64,000 bases of DNA from assembly GCF_009834535.1 (NCBI RefSeq), contig NC_045705.1, positions 55,428,001-55,492,000 of the forward strand, given 5' to 3'. Origin of the DNA: Camelus ferus (Eukaryota). The notes beneath the pieces are model-generated. The model had not been told where the DNA came from, did no database searches, and saw only the letters and a program-made list of their open reading frames with translations. Positions within the stretch are counted from its first letter, which is position 1. Each line of letters opens with the position of its first letter. Positions 38,331 through 51,020 of the stretch are shown in pieces. A program made the translations under genes and the position numbers.

Positions 38331-39959
38331 TTACCTCCTTGTATCTTATATACTTCAGATACACAAAATATTTGCTCTTGACTAAAATTGTTGACTTTGC
38401 AAAGCATTTAATTATTAATATGTTCACCTTGGTGGAAGCTATTGTAGGTTTACGAGCAAGAAAACAAAAGAGACTAGAAAATTGTGCTTTAAAACATAAA
38501 ACACGAAAGTTTTTAAATGAAATGTTTAGATTATTAACCATTTAATTATATTGGTTATAGGTTTATTCTTGATAAAATTACTTTTAAACACAAAAAAATT
38601 CTAAAAGAAATTAAAATTCTTCTGCAGCATCACCAATGAAAAAAGATTGATCTTAACAACTAGATGCCCTTTTATCAGATATTCAGATAAACATATGCTG
38701 CCTAGTTATGAATAAACCATCCTTTTTAAATGGTAGGGTGTAATTTGATAAACAGTAAAATCATCTAAATGTATTCATGGCAAAGTTTAATGAGTAGCAG
38801 ACAAACAGGTTTAGAGACGAAGCTATGACTTTGGACTTTTAGATGAAAATTCTGAAGGTTCTGAAGGAATAGCTCCATCATGAGCGTTTGGAAGCTGTGT
38901 AACTTACTTGACTGCACAAGGTCCGGCATTTTTGTCAAATACTCATTTATTGTTATGCATCCTTGTATAAAAAACACCTTGTATCTTTGATGTTTTTTCC
39001 ATTTTCTTTAAATGTTTATCCTTGGTTCATGGTCATTTGATACAGCTAAGATAAAGAGCAGATCTGAGATCACAGAAGAAAATAATTACTTTTAATGTTT
39101 TTTTCCCCCAGCAATTAGAGGTTAGCAGGACTTGGAATATAATTCTTCCATGTAAAACAGTTAATATATGAATCCTGAAGGTAGGTAATCTGGCATCTGT
39201 TTCGTAGAAGAGGTAACTTCTACAGTGCCATACAGATGTTATATTTTTCTAATTCTAGTCACAACCCCCTTGAAAAGTCTCTCCAAGCCTCTGTATCCTG
39301 CTAGGGTAGAGGTAAGGGTCAGTCCATTGTGTAGGATGTTACCAAAAGCAGTGTAAGGAGAGGTTAATGATTAGCCTTGAATATTCTGGGATTTAACCAA
39401 TGTGACTATGACAAGGCTTTAGTACTTACTGTGGTTTTGAGCAGAGACTCACAAGTAAGGTCCTAGCAATGGCAGAGGTTTCCTACCAGGTGGAAATACA
39501 CCTATTTGAAAAAGGAGATTTCACAAGAGATGAAGAAGGATTCTCAGATGACTCATGGCATAGAGACTATGAGTGTGTTGAATTTATGGGATGTTTACTA
39601 CTCATAGTTTACTACTCAAGCAGCTCAGTCCTCTAAGGTTAATAGACCTCCTTTGGAGACATGAGAAGAGAATGGCCCATAGAGAAAGCTAAATTCCTAG
39701 GATGTTAAATCCCAAAAGGCTAGAAAGGATATCAACTCACAGTTATGTTTCTAGTAATGTAACCTGAGAACTTATATAAACAGAAAAATACCTTCATTTG
39801 TGAAACCAAGTTGGCCCCACAAAGAGTGGACAATTTTATTAGAGTATTTGAATTGTTATTGAGTACAAAAATTCAGGTCATTCTAAATTCTCTGGTTAGG
39901 AGGTTGCACTTTTTAAAAAAGTACTCTTAAAGGGGAGAGTATTCATTCATCCCAAAATA

Positions 39960-40900
39960 TATGCTGACTTGCTATAGTATTTAGAAGATATGGTAGCCAT
40001 AAAATGATTATTAAAACTGTCACAGTCCCTGTCCCATGGAAATTGTGATCTAGTTGGGGCAGGAGGGAAAGTACTGAATGAATCATCAAGAAAATACATA
40101 ATTATGGACTGAATAAATGCTTTGGAGCAAAAGTACCCAGAGATATGAGAGCTTATAATGGAAATAATTAATTTGGTCTTGATGTCAGAGGATTTCCTGA
40201 AGAAATGCCAGTTTGTGTTGAGGTCAAGTGTTTGAACGTGAGTTACCTATGGTGTGTTTGGTGGGGTGAAAGGAAGGCAGGTGAAGTATCCAAGGAAGTT
40301 TAAGATGCTGAAATGAGAGGGATTGTGGCATATTCTATATAATAAATGTGGCTTCAGCTCTGAGATGTGGTGAAAAATGAGATACTGTGGGAAATAGAGC
40401 TGTTGAGGTAACAGAGACCAGAGACTTACAAGCAAGCTTGTGCTAAAATCATAAGAGACCACTGAAGCCAGAGAATTCACACATGGCAGCAATGTGGAGA
40501 CAAGATTAAATGTAGCAAGAATGAATATAAGTAAGTCAAGTAGGCAACAGTGATCCAAGGGAGAGATGATTATACCTTGAAGTAGGACATGGGAAGCAAA
40601 GGTGAAGAAAAGGGCATGGATTTGGAAGATATGTTGGAGGTAAAATTAATAATTTTTATGACTGAAGAACAATTCTAAGTTCCTGATTTATGCAGTGGGA
40701 TGACATGTGATGCTATTTACATACTTAAGGAAGATTGAAGAAAGACCAAGTTACAGGGCGAGAGAATGAATTCAGATTAATTATGTCAACATGAAGTATC
40801 TTAGAGGCAGGCATGTAAAGATTGTTTAGCCAGCACATGGAAGAGTTGTCTCAAAGAGCAAAGAAGCAATTTGAGAGAAAAAATGGAATGACCAGTATAT
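39960..40900. mobile_element. L2 fragment
   Basis: cagtccctgtcccatggaaattgtgatctagttgggg...gcatggatttggaagatatgttggaggtaaaatt, typical of purine-rich L2 orientation. Confidence 0.6.
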
Positions 40901-40909
40901 TATTGGACG

Positions 40910-41390
40910 ATCTTTAGAGTATAGAATATATTCATCTTTATTATCCAATTTGTTGGCACATAATTTTTCATAGTAGTTTCTTATGATTCTGTGTATTTTG
41001 GTGGTATCAGCTGTAATGTCTCCTCTTTCATTTATGATTTTATTTAATTGAGTCTTCTTTCTTTTTTTAGTCTATCAAAGATTTGTCAATTTGGTATAGC
41101 TTTTCAAAAAAACAGGTCTTAGTTTTATTGATCTTTTATACTGTTTTATCTGGTTTCCATTTTATTTCTTCCACTCTGATTTTTGTTATTTTCTTCCTTC
41201 TGCTAACTTTGCACTTAGTTGGTTCTTCTTTTTATGATTCCTGGATGTATACAGTTAGGTTGTTTATTCAAGATTTTTTTTTATAACACATGAATTTGTT
41301 GCTGTAATCTTTTCTCTAAGAACTGCTTTTGCAGCATCACCTAGTTTTTGGTGTGTTGTGTTTCCATTTTCATTTGTTTCAAGTCTTTTG
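40910..41390 (-). mobile_element. L1 ORF2 fragment, antisense
   Basis: ccaatttgttggcacataatttttcatagtagtttcttatgattc...gttgtgtttccattttcatttgtttcaag. Confidence 0.85.
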
Positions 41391-41480
41391 AATATTGATG
41401 TCTTTTATTATTTTATTCTACCTGAAATCTTTTTTATGAAATCTGTGGCAATGCTATGAAACTATGATTATTTATAGTCT

Positions 41481-41973
41481 TGTTACTGAACCAAAGCTTC
41501 AGTCCACTTGCCCTCACACAGTGAAGCCAATCTACACTCCCCGGGTTGTGCTGAAGGAAAGTACAGTATTTACTATAGATGGCATACAAGGACTTCTGGA
41601 CAGCTAATGCTCAGAAAGTCCAAATTCCCTGATGGGTTTCAAAAAAGCATTTTTGAAGGGAAGGTGAGGGAGGGGAGTCCCAGTGTATGTGATCATCTTG
41701 TGCACAATTCTGTGATTGGTTGATGGTGAGATAACAGGACAGTGTTACAGAGGTTAACATTATCAATCCTTAGGCTCCAGTAGGTCTGAGGTCTACATGC
41801 TTATGGTCATCTAGTAGTTAATTTCTTCAATTTGATGGGGGTTTTGGCATCTGTAAACAACTCAGGAAATATTTATCAGATACTGTATCTGGGTACTTCA
41901 GAGAGGAGCTAAAGCAGAAGCATGGGTGAGGGGGTGTGTTCTGGGAAGGCCCCACTGGGTCCTGCTAGTTACA
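41481..41973. mobile_element. Solo LTR (ERV1-like)
   Basis: 493 bp bounded by TGTTAC...GTTACA; flanks gtct/gtgt may be a degenerate 4-bp TSD. Related to the element at 51820-52258. Confidence 0.75.
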
Positions 41974-42771
41974 GTGTCTCACCTTCATGTTAATTTTGAA
42001 TATTATGCAGAAAATGTTCAAGTAATTTTCTTAGTTTCCCTTTTCAGCTCAAAAGAAGAAAAGTAACCATTGTCCTCCAGACCCTGTACACATAGAAATA
42101 CATTTATTATAATATTTTATATATTTCATTATTCTACTTCTCCCTCCAAACTTTACACTCTGTGAAAGCTTTATTCGATGAAAAGAGACAACTCATTATT
42201 TGGGGAAGAGGCAAGTATATGAGATTCATCCAAGGAGAGACCTGGTCAGACACCAGGTCACTATGTTTCTCATAAGACGCTAAGAGATTTACACCTCATT
42301 ATATTATTGACCTCACAGTGTACTTTCTAGTTTTATCTTTAAGACATTGTTGAGACAACAGAAGACTTTGGGGAATGATGAGAACACATAGTGCATTTTT
42401 TTCAGGTTAAATCACAGTTATTAAATAGGAAATTCAATTCACAATTAAAAAATAGCAGTTTTGGTCATCTGGTCCCAGATCATTGGTCTCACGAGAGTCA
42501 GCTTTTTAGATAACTGCTCCAGCTTTACATTAGTATTTTTCTCTATTGGAATTCGATATTATTGAAACTTGAGCTATACAGAGAACCTGGAGGTGAAAAA
42601 CATAAGTGGAGGCTTGAAAAAATTTGGTATTCTATAAAAAAATTAACGGGGATGGATTAATCATCACATTAACTTGGCAAGATCAGATACCTATTCTTGG
42701 AAAGTCTCTTGACTAAACAAACAGAAACATTCTTTCCTTTTCCCTCCCCTCTTCCCAGGCAAATGTCCTTC

Positions 42772-43739
42772 TCACATACTGTGGGATTTGATATACTTAG
42801 AACTTGAAAGAATCCTTACAATACAGTCTCTTATGTGCTTAGTTTTCACCCCATAGTCAACAGGATTCATAGTGGGAGGTAGGAGCAGATAAGTATTGGC
42901 CACAATGATGTGGCAAGATGGAGGAATTGTGTGGCCTCCAAAACAATGGGAAAAGAAGGAGAAGAAAGCTGGACTGTAGGAAAAAAGACAATGGAAGAGA
43001 TGTGAGCAGTGCAGGTGCCAAAGGCCTTCTGCTGAGCATCTGCTGAGGAGAGGCTGACCACTGCCCAAAGGATCATGGTGTAAGAGAGTGTGATGCACTG
43101 GATGTCAAAGCCCCCAGTCAGAAGGGCAACCATCAGACCATAGATAACATTGAGCTTGATATTTCCACAGGACAACTTGTCTACAGACATGTGGTCACAG
43201 TAGGTGTGGGGAATGAATTTGCCTCTGCAGTCAGGCAGGCGCTTAATGAGGAAAGTGAAGGGAGTGATGAGCAGCACCCCTTTGAGAAAACTGGAGAGCC
43301 CAGCCTTTGCAATGACAGGATTGGTGAGGATAGTTGAGTAGCGCAGAGGGTAGCAGATGGCCACATAGCAGTCCAGGGCCATCAGCATGAGCACCCCAGA
43401 CTCCATCCCTGTGAAGGTGTGAATGAAGAACATCTGAACCAGGCATTCATTAAAGCCAATTTCCTTGAGATGAAACCAGAAGATGCAGAGAGCTTTAGGG
43501 ATTGTACTAGAGCACATGACAAGGTCAATGAGACAAAGCATGGCCAAGAAGTAGTACATGGGCTTGTGCAGGGCGTCCTTATAGTGTATGAGGTAGAGGA
43601 GTCCACAGGTCCCTACCACAGCCGTAGCATACATGGAGCAGAATGGGAGGGAAATCCACATGTGCATGTCCTCCAGCCCTGCGATCCCATTAAGTATGAA
43701 GGAGGCTGGATTCATGTCTGTTTGGTTCAGCACTAGCAT
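42772..43739 (-). pseudogene. OR52N4: OR52N4-like pseudogene (copy 4)
   Basis: ATG at 43739 (MLVLNQTD). Two extra T in a T6 run (plus strand A at 42981-42986) shift the frame in TM6, and the C-terminus continues in ORF 42772-43098. DRY has become DCY, NPVVY has become NPVDY and LPYC has become LPDC. Confidence 0.92.
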
Positions 43740-45039
43740 AATCAAGCTAATGTGATCATTAATCAGCTACAGCACTTGTGGATCCTCCTAGAAAAAGATA
43801 AGAGGAAGAACCATCTTGGTTATCATCACTGCCTTCATTTCTTTTGCCTTTTTTCTCCAAGATACATTTCAGTGGGCAAAAAGCCAATTTTTGACTTCCA
43901 GGGAATATGAGCATAAACACTTTTTTAATCAAATGGATTCTTGTATGTGCATATTTTTTTTTCACTCATTCATTTATATATGTAGTCCACAAATACTTTT
44001 TAGTGTCTAACTTGCCTAATTCTATAATAGGCAAGTAGTATTCATTTATAAAATAAGAACTTTTTGTTATTATTTTTGAAGCTATTTTTGTTGACATATT
44101 ATTTAAATATTAGTAACTATAATCCAGGCACCAAAATCATGAAACTTTAAGTATATCATATTTTGAGAAAAAATAGTGGTTTCTCTTGTACATGGGTACT
44201 AGGAGGCTGGAGCTGGGGCAAGATATTGGGCCAAGGCCGGATGATGACATACAGTCTGTCAATTTCTGAATAGCAAGATTCTCCTAAGGAAATGGTCAGC
44301 CTGAAGGCCATATTTTAGCTACCTGTTTCTCAGATATTATATTGAAAAGTGCAGGACTCAGAATGCCTTAAGAATTACTGAAATGAAGGTTAATGGCTAA
44401 AATTTGGAAAACACAAAAGTAGCCTGGAAGAATAAAACCATAACATAAATGCATAAATTACTGTAAAAAGATAAACTAAGTGCAACTTTATATACCATCA
44501 TCAATCTTCATTTCCAGAATTTACAGGCAGTGATTCCCCCATCCCCACACCAGACCATTCCCAATTCTTATGACATGAAAATAGGTTCTTCCTATAGATA
44601 TAATGCAAAATACATATTGGCTTAAAATATATTTTGGCTTCAGTGAGAATTTACAGATAGATCTTAATTCAAGTGAAATCAGACACTCATAAGAGAAAGA
44701 GGTAGGCAAGTAGGCAGCAGGAGAAATTTGAACATAATTCTTATGACCTAGAATTGTTCTCTGTATATTTCCCATTATTCTCTGACATGGCAGTGGTCCA
44801 TTCCTGACTTCCACACAAAGCAAGCATTCCTACATGGTTGAAGGGTTGTTTATGTAGATGCATATGTATTATAATCACTTAAATAGATTCTTAAGGCCAA
44901 AGGCAAGAAATAAATATTTCTACCAGTCCTTGCACCATCACCATGCATCTCTTTCTGACTTGAACTTAGATCAATGAAATAAAACATTTATATCTATGGG
45001 GAAAAAAAGAAAAGCAATTAGTATCTATCTTAAATCCAT

Positions 45040-45320
45040 TTCTCTCTTTATCCCAATGGCTAAAATAAAAATTCTGCTGTCACTGACCCCTGTATTGTTA
45101 TATTTAAATACCTTAGGTCTTGGAGGGCAAAGAAAGGAGATGCTGTGTACCTGGTTCAATATTACAGGAACTTGGTTGTGTAAGCATCACAGTCTCTGGG
45201 CAAGATTTTAACTCTAGATTTCTTTCCTGTTGATCTAAGCCTCAAGGAAAATGAGTGTTACATATCCCCAAAGTCCCAAGGAATATTTCAAAACATCAAA
45301 GGCCATAGGCTAACCTCCTG
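45040..45320 (-). promoter_or_regulatory. Diverged homolog of the OR52N4 promoter/first-exon block (copy 4)
   Basis: aataccttaggtcttgga matches 21350 aataccttaggcctgga; TCCCAAGGA at 45274-45282 followed by atatttcaaaacat, as in the paralogs. Confidence 0.4.
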
Positions 45321-46133
45321 GGTGCTCAAATGGGGACTGACACCTATCTAAACATGTATATGTATGTATATATTCAGGTATGTATGGATACATGTTTGCA
45401 TGAATATATTTATTATGTAAATGTGTGCAGGTATATAGCTGGATATAAATCAGAAGTAAGATGTTTTATTAAAAACTAATAATTTCATTACTGTAGGGCT
45501 CAGTTCCTTTCCCTGTGAAGTTTTGCAAAGGTCCTGGGGGAGTCAAGTTGAATAAATTTAAATTATGTAAATTATTCACATAATCATTCACTAAATCACT
45601 CTTTTAAAATATATTCATTTGTCCCTCCACTAAAGTAACATTTATTAGTGTATTTTTAAAATTTATTAATATGAGCATATACCTAGGTAGATGTTTTAAT
45701 AGAAATGCGACGATGTATCATTACACATATATCGCTGTGTTTATAATTAAGAGTATACAATTAGCACATTAAATGTTCTTCCAAAAGACGATTTTTAAGT
45801 CTGCATAAATGTTTATTAAATAGATAGAGTATTTTAAAATATTTTTCTATCTTTTCATGTCCAGTGGGTTTTTTAAAATTATTAAATAAAAATGCTACAG
45901 CAAATATATTCACGAATCATATATGGCACTCTGGTCTTATTATTTACTTAAAACAAATTCCTAGTAGTGTATAAAAGTCTCCATTCTATTATGCCAAGGA
46001 CAATTTTATCTTCAGAAAGTCTATACCAGTTTTATTGGAGAAAGTGATATATCAGTGATGCTTATATTTAGAGTAGCTTGATAACTAAAGATATCGTTTA
46101 AAAAATTAACAAACAGAAACCTTAATTAAATAA

Positions 46134-46436
46134 AGTTGAGAGACCAGAAGGAGAAGCTCTCACACCCTAAGATGATTAACAGAGCCCAACAAGAAGAAAA
46201 ACCCCTATTCTATTCTGGCAAGGACTCAGCTAATAAAAAACCATGGAGTCTGTGTTTACTATGGCCCTCCTAACTTCCTTTTCCCCTCTACAGAAGTGTT
46301 CTCCTTCCCTTGATATGCAGGGATTTACACCTGGCTCACCATGACTGCAGAGCCCAAACCACAATTCCCTGGTAATCCCAGAGAGACCTATCTTTTTTGG
46401 AGAAGTATCTGTCAGTCTATTTGTTTCAGGTCAACA
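46134..46436 (+). mobile_element. Solo LTR (~300 bp, ERV1-like)
   Basis: gttgagagaccagaaggagaagctctcacaccc...tctatttgtttcaggtcaaca; flanks ataa/atac resemble a 4-bp TSD. Confidence 0.7.
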
Positions 46437-47666
46437 ATACCGATTTTTTTTCTAGCCTTATTGTACTCAGTTCTGAAATGCTTTCATTATTTTTCCTATG
46501 GACCTGGTTGAGGTTTTCTTTTTGATCTAATATCATTTCCTTGAGAACATGAAGGAACACATTTTAGACAGAGAAGAAAAGCTAGGATTGTGTAGTATCA
46601 CAGAAGTCACGGTAGGCAGATTGTGGAGAAGTAGAGTGCACAATAATACAACTTGTTGTAACGTAGTCCAATTAGACAAGATTACTGGTGGCTTTGATAA
46701 CAGACTCTTTACTGGAAACTTCAACTTGTAGTTGAAGCCAGATTATAAAGGTGGGAAGAAATAGAAATTGAGAAAGCAGAAATAATTAGTTTCAAAAATA
46801 TTTTCCAGAAACTTACATGAAAGAAGAAAAGTCACTAATATTAAAGGAATTTTTGCTATTGGGTAAAAAAGCCATAAGTTAAAACACACTGTAAATATGA
46901 GAAATAGAAGAAGTGAATGATGGTCTGAGCTCCCAAGAGCATATTTTGAGAACTTTGGTTGATCAGAAAAAGGAATTAGCAATAAGCAAATACAGTAATA
47001 AATGGGAAAATAATGGCTGTACATGTCAAAAAGATTAGAATTTGAGAGGGTTCACTTTCTAATAATTTCATTTTTCTTTATGGGACAGACATTAATGGAA
47101 TATTGAAAACCATGAGGGGCAGGAGGTGTACAAGAGAACTGAGGATGGCAAAAACATATTATTATAAACCATGTAGTAGGTAAAAACATAGCCATGTAAT
47201 GAGATCCCAGTTAAAAGCTGAAATTATGAACAAATGTTGCTTGCAATCTGCATATGTGTTTACTTTCTTCAGAAGCGGTCCACAGTCTCAGTATAGCAAC
47301 ATATGACACAGAGCACAGAATTGTTCCAGGGTTGGGGTTGTAAGGCTTTTGCGCTAGTAAGACGATAATTTTGAAGCATAAAATAGAAACTTAGTTGATG
47401 AACCATGGTGTTTAGAATTGTATAAAATTCTTTAAAATTTGTGCAGAATATCTCCACTTGAGGATTATAATAAAAAATTAAAACCAGTGCCACTCCATGG
47501 ACTGACAGTCTTCCTATAGAACCGTGTGATGATTGGAAATGGTCTAGAAGTTACTGTGAAGGACATCATAACTGGTTAACATCTCTTTCCCATCTGAAAT
47601 ACTGAGGACTGCTTAATCTTGAAAAGTTTCATATCATTTGGACTAAGTCCCTTCTATACTCCTGGA

Positions 47667-48633
47667 TCACTCAGATGACTTGACCCCAGTTCCATGCCCC
47701 TTTTGAAACACCCTGACAACCCTTTCCCGTATTTCTTTGGTCTTAGCTCCATATACTATAGGGTTAAGAGCAGGTTGGAAGAGCAGATAAACATTGGCCA
47801 AAAGAATGTGAATATGGAGTGGAACATGATGACCAAAACGATGGGTAAAAAAGGAGAAGAGGGCTGGTGTATAAGAGATTAGGGTAACACAGACATGGGA
47901 ACCACAAGTCCCCAGGGCCTTGGACCGAGCTTCGTGGGATGAGAGACGAAGAACAGCTCATGCAATAAGGACATAGGAAAGACCAATGCAGAGCAAGTCA
48001 ACCCCAATGACCAATAGTGCTGCTGTCAGCCCATACACACGGTTGGGCCTGGTGTCTCCACAGGCTAGCTTCACTACGGCCATGTGCTCACAGTACGTAT
48101 GTGGGATCACATGGCTTTGGCAGAAGCTCAGACGCCCAATGAGGAAAGGACATGGGAGCATGAGAATGGAGCCCCGCACCATAGCTGCCACTGCAATGCG
48201 GACAATGATGGTGTCAGTGAGGATAGTGGCATAGTGGAGTGGGTGGCAAATAGCCACATAACGATCAAAGGCCATGGCCAGCAGCATAGTGGACTCCATC
48301 ATCATGCAGAAAGCATGAATGAAAAACATCTGTGCCAGGCATGCAGAGGCAGAGATGTGCCCAGCTCCACACCAGAGGATGGCCAGCAGCTTGGGGACTG
48401 TAGAGAAAGAGGCAGCCGAGTCAATGGTGGAGAGCATGCACAGGAACAGGTACACAGGCTTGTGCAGGACTGGTTCAGTGGCAACAACAACCAGGATGGT
48501 TACGTTGCCCACAATTGTGGCTGTGCACAGGCAGCACACAGGGAGTGAGAGCCGTAAGTGGAACTGCTCCAGACCTGGGATGCCCACCAGGAAGAAAGCA
48601 GGAGTCCAGGTAAGTGTAATTAGGAGACTTCAT
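47667..48633 (-). pseudogene. OR52P1: OR52P1-like olfactory receptor pseudogene
   Basis: MKSPNYTYLD, then a frameshift at ~48603, then GIPGLEQFHL...EPVLHKPVYLFLCMLSTID...GDTRPNRVYGL, a premature TGA at 47958-47960, and the same frame continuing [21 protein letters not shown]...[33 protein letters not shown]. One extra Met (CMMMEST). Matches OR52P1 as recalled. Confidence 0.9.
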
Positions 48634-48695
48634 GGTTTGGCCAAGAATTCTGGGCATCTTCTTAGGTCAGAATCCCTCACATAGTATCACATCAT

Positions 48696-48720
48696 CTGAA
48701 AAGACAACACACAACAGGAT
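48696..48720 (-). promoter_or_regulatory. Splice acceptor of the OR52P1-like coding exon
   Basis: Minus strand gttgtgtgttgtcttttcag|atgatg. A donor-like catg|gtaagg lies at 48895-48904. Confidence 0.5.
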
Positions 48721-49439
48721 GTGAATGAGCCTAGAGTAACACATCTGTTTCTTACACCCGGTGTGCATGTATCCAAATAGAAGAGAAAGAAACTCTCCTG
48801 CTCCTTAATGGATCAGATACTGCATGTGTGTAGTTATTGAAAAAAACAAACATCAGGGAAGAATCTTCCTTTTGGGACTGCACAGAAAATCTTTCCTTAC
48901 CATGTAGGTGAGTTTAAGAGACAGCCCAATACCAGATAGCCCAAACATGTAGGTAAACAAGATCAGCTATTGCGTTTGTTCTCACAGACACAGGGACTAA
49001 CAGGAGGAAGGAAGGTTGGTGACAAATGCTAGTCTCATCACAGCTCAAGGCCAGTAAATCACGACCTCCACAGTAGATGGGACAATGTGGCTTCTCCCAG
49101 TAGGTGCTTATGTAGAGTCTTGTTGCACACACAGCTCTCTGAACTTATACCTGAGAGGTAAAGATGGCAAATATTTAAGTTGTTGATCAATTTGACTTAG
49201 GATCTTATTAAGATAAAAGTTTGGACTCGTCCAAAAATGTAAACATTATGCACGTGCTTTGAGCTCTCTAGAACTCCATCTAATATCCAGGAAAGGGTGT
49301 ATTCCAGACTCCATGTTTGCCTTCACATATTGTTTGAAGAGGAAAGAATATTTTAAAAGCACAGAATCTTGAAGTTTTTAAAGCTGGAAGTTGTGGTGGT
49401 AAAAAAGAGTTTAGGATCCATGAAATTGGGAACAAATCT

Positions 49440-49630
49440 TTGTTATTTACCTCTTACTGGTTGTGTTGCCTTGGACAAGTCAATTTTCCTCTAAAACAGA
49501 ACAGTTTTCTGATCTGTAATATTGTAATAATGCTTTGTGAGGTTGTTGAAATTTGAAAAAAAACTACCTAGTACACTTTGTGGCTTATAGAAGGTGCTCA
49601 GTAAATAATGACATTTACTATTATCATTGC
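49440..49630 (+). mobile_element. MIR
   Basis: tcttactggttgtgttgccttggacaagtcaattttcctct...tgtgaggttgttgaaa...gaaggtgctcagtaaataatg. Confidence 0.75.
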
Positions 49631-50477
49631 CTTCATATTAGTAGGAAAGTGATCTCATATCCAATACGGAATCCTCACAGTTACCTCAACCAACTAGAAA
49701 CTAGTCTTACCTTGAATATTTATATAATGAGTGTTTACACAATGAGAATTATAGGGTAAATCTGCTGATAAAATAAACGTTGGTTATAATTTTTTCTGTC
49801 TGACCTCTACAGTTACATGACAATCATTAGAAGACCAGAAAACAGCTTTCCTGTCTGCTCTTAGCCAAACCACTAAGCACTCAGCTCTGGTTTTATGACA
49901 CGTATTTGCTTGCTGAGCTAATGTGAGCCCCTGTTCAACATGGATAATGGCGCAGGAATCAGATGTAGAAGCAGAAAAGCCCTGCTCACTGCACCGCTCC
50001 AACCCCTTAGTTTATGCCAGACCTTCCTACAGTTTTCAGTCTTGTCACAAATTCACTCACTGTCAGCCAGAAGGCTTAACTTGAGGATTGTTCATGGAGT
50101 TTTATTTCTGCTTTTTAAGTCCCTGACTTTCTGCCTTGTGACTTTTTCTTGTAGAAGTTGGACTGAGCAAACATTACCACATGTCACTAGAATAGATTGG
50201 CTCCTAATTTGATTGATGCAAGTGACCATTACTTGCAGTTCCTGTAGTTTCTTTCTAAGGAATCCCAACCTTTGCAGTTGCCATCACCTTCATAGGGCCA
50301 TATACTCTTATCATCTCCCTCACTCCCATTATCATCCCTTTCCCACCCAACTCACAGGAATAGTCTGTTGTCTCACACTATCTCTTTCATAAAATATCTT
50401 ATGATATTGATAAATATTTGTGAACATTCTTTCTCACACCTCAGTTTGAACCTGTCCCTCTGACTAAATTTCCATTC

Positions 50478-51020
50478 CAATTCTTATTGTGATATTAAAG
50501 CCAATGCTCTCAGTAAGATAAAAATTTCTGACATCACAATTTGGAGAAAGATATGATGGAGAAGAATTTTCCATACCTGAAACTGCACCACGAACCGAAG
50601 GCTGTCATTCTGTCTGGACAAGAGCACAATTAAACTGAGGCCCCTTCTGCCCGTTTTAAGAAGCTTGGACCATGGGAAAGCTCAGTGGAATCATTAAGGT
50701 TCTACAAATTCCCTCTGCCCAATTTATTGCTTTTTATCTCTGCAGTGTGTCACTAGGCACACAGATTACCTCTCAGGTGCTTAGTGAGCAATTATTTCTT
50801 GTTAGTAATTTGAGGACTACCACAGTAACTGTCCTGAATTTTTCTTTGTAGCACCTCCCATTTCCCTGGTTTGACTAACATACCATTTGCTTCTTCCTTT
50901 GTTGGAGGCTCCCCACTTGGCTCCCCTTTCCAACCACTGAGCCTAAGTCAAAGTAAAACTCTCCGTTTAGGAAGTCTGCTAAATAAAGCTCCAAACTAGT
51001 TTACACAGAGGTGTCATTTA
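50478..51020 (+). mobile_element. Possible solo LTR
   Basis: TG start, GC-richer U3-like body and AATAAA near 50982 (ctaaataaagctccaaac). Family not recognised. Confidence 0.35.

Noticed and set aside
16732-43446. Repeated minus-strand ORFs MPGSDVLHSHLHRDG... (16732, 26150, 43243)
   Set aside because: Alternative reading frames inside the OR52N4 CDSs, with no independent evidence.
16956-48684. Recurrent plus-strand ORFs (MNEEHLNQAF... at 16956, 26464 and 43419; 47986, 48084, 48319; 36590; 7090) that look like a conserved gene family
   Set aside because: They lie exactly antisense to OR coding sequence and recur only because the ORs are paralogous; these are shadow frames.
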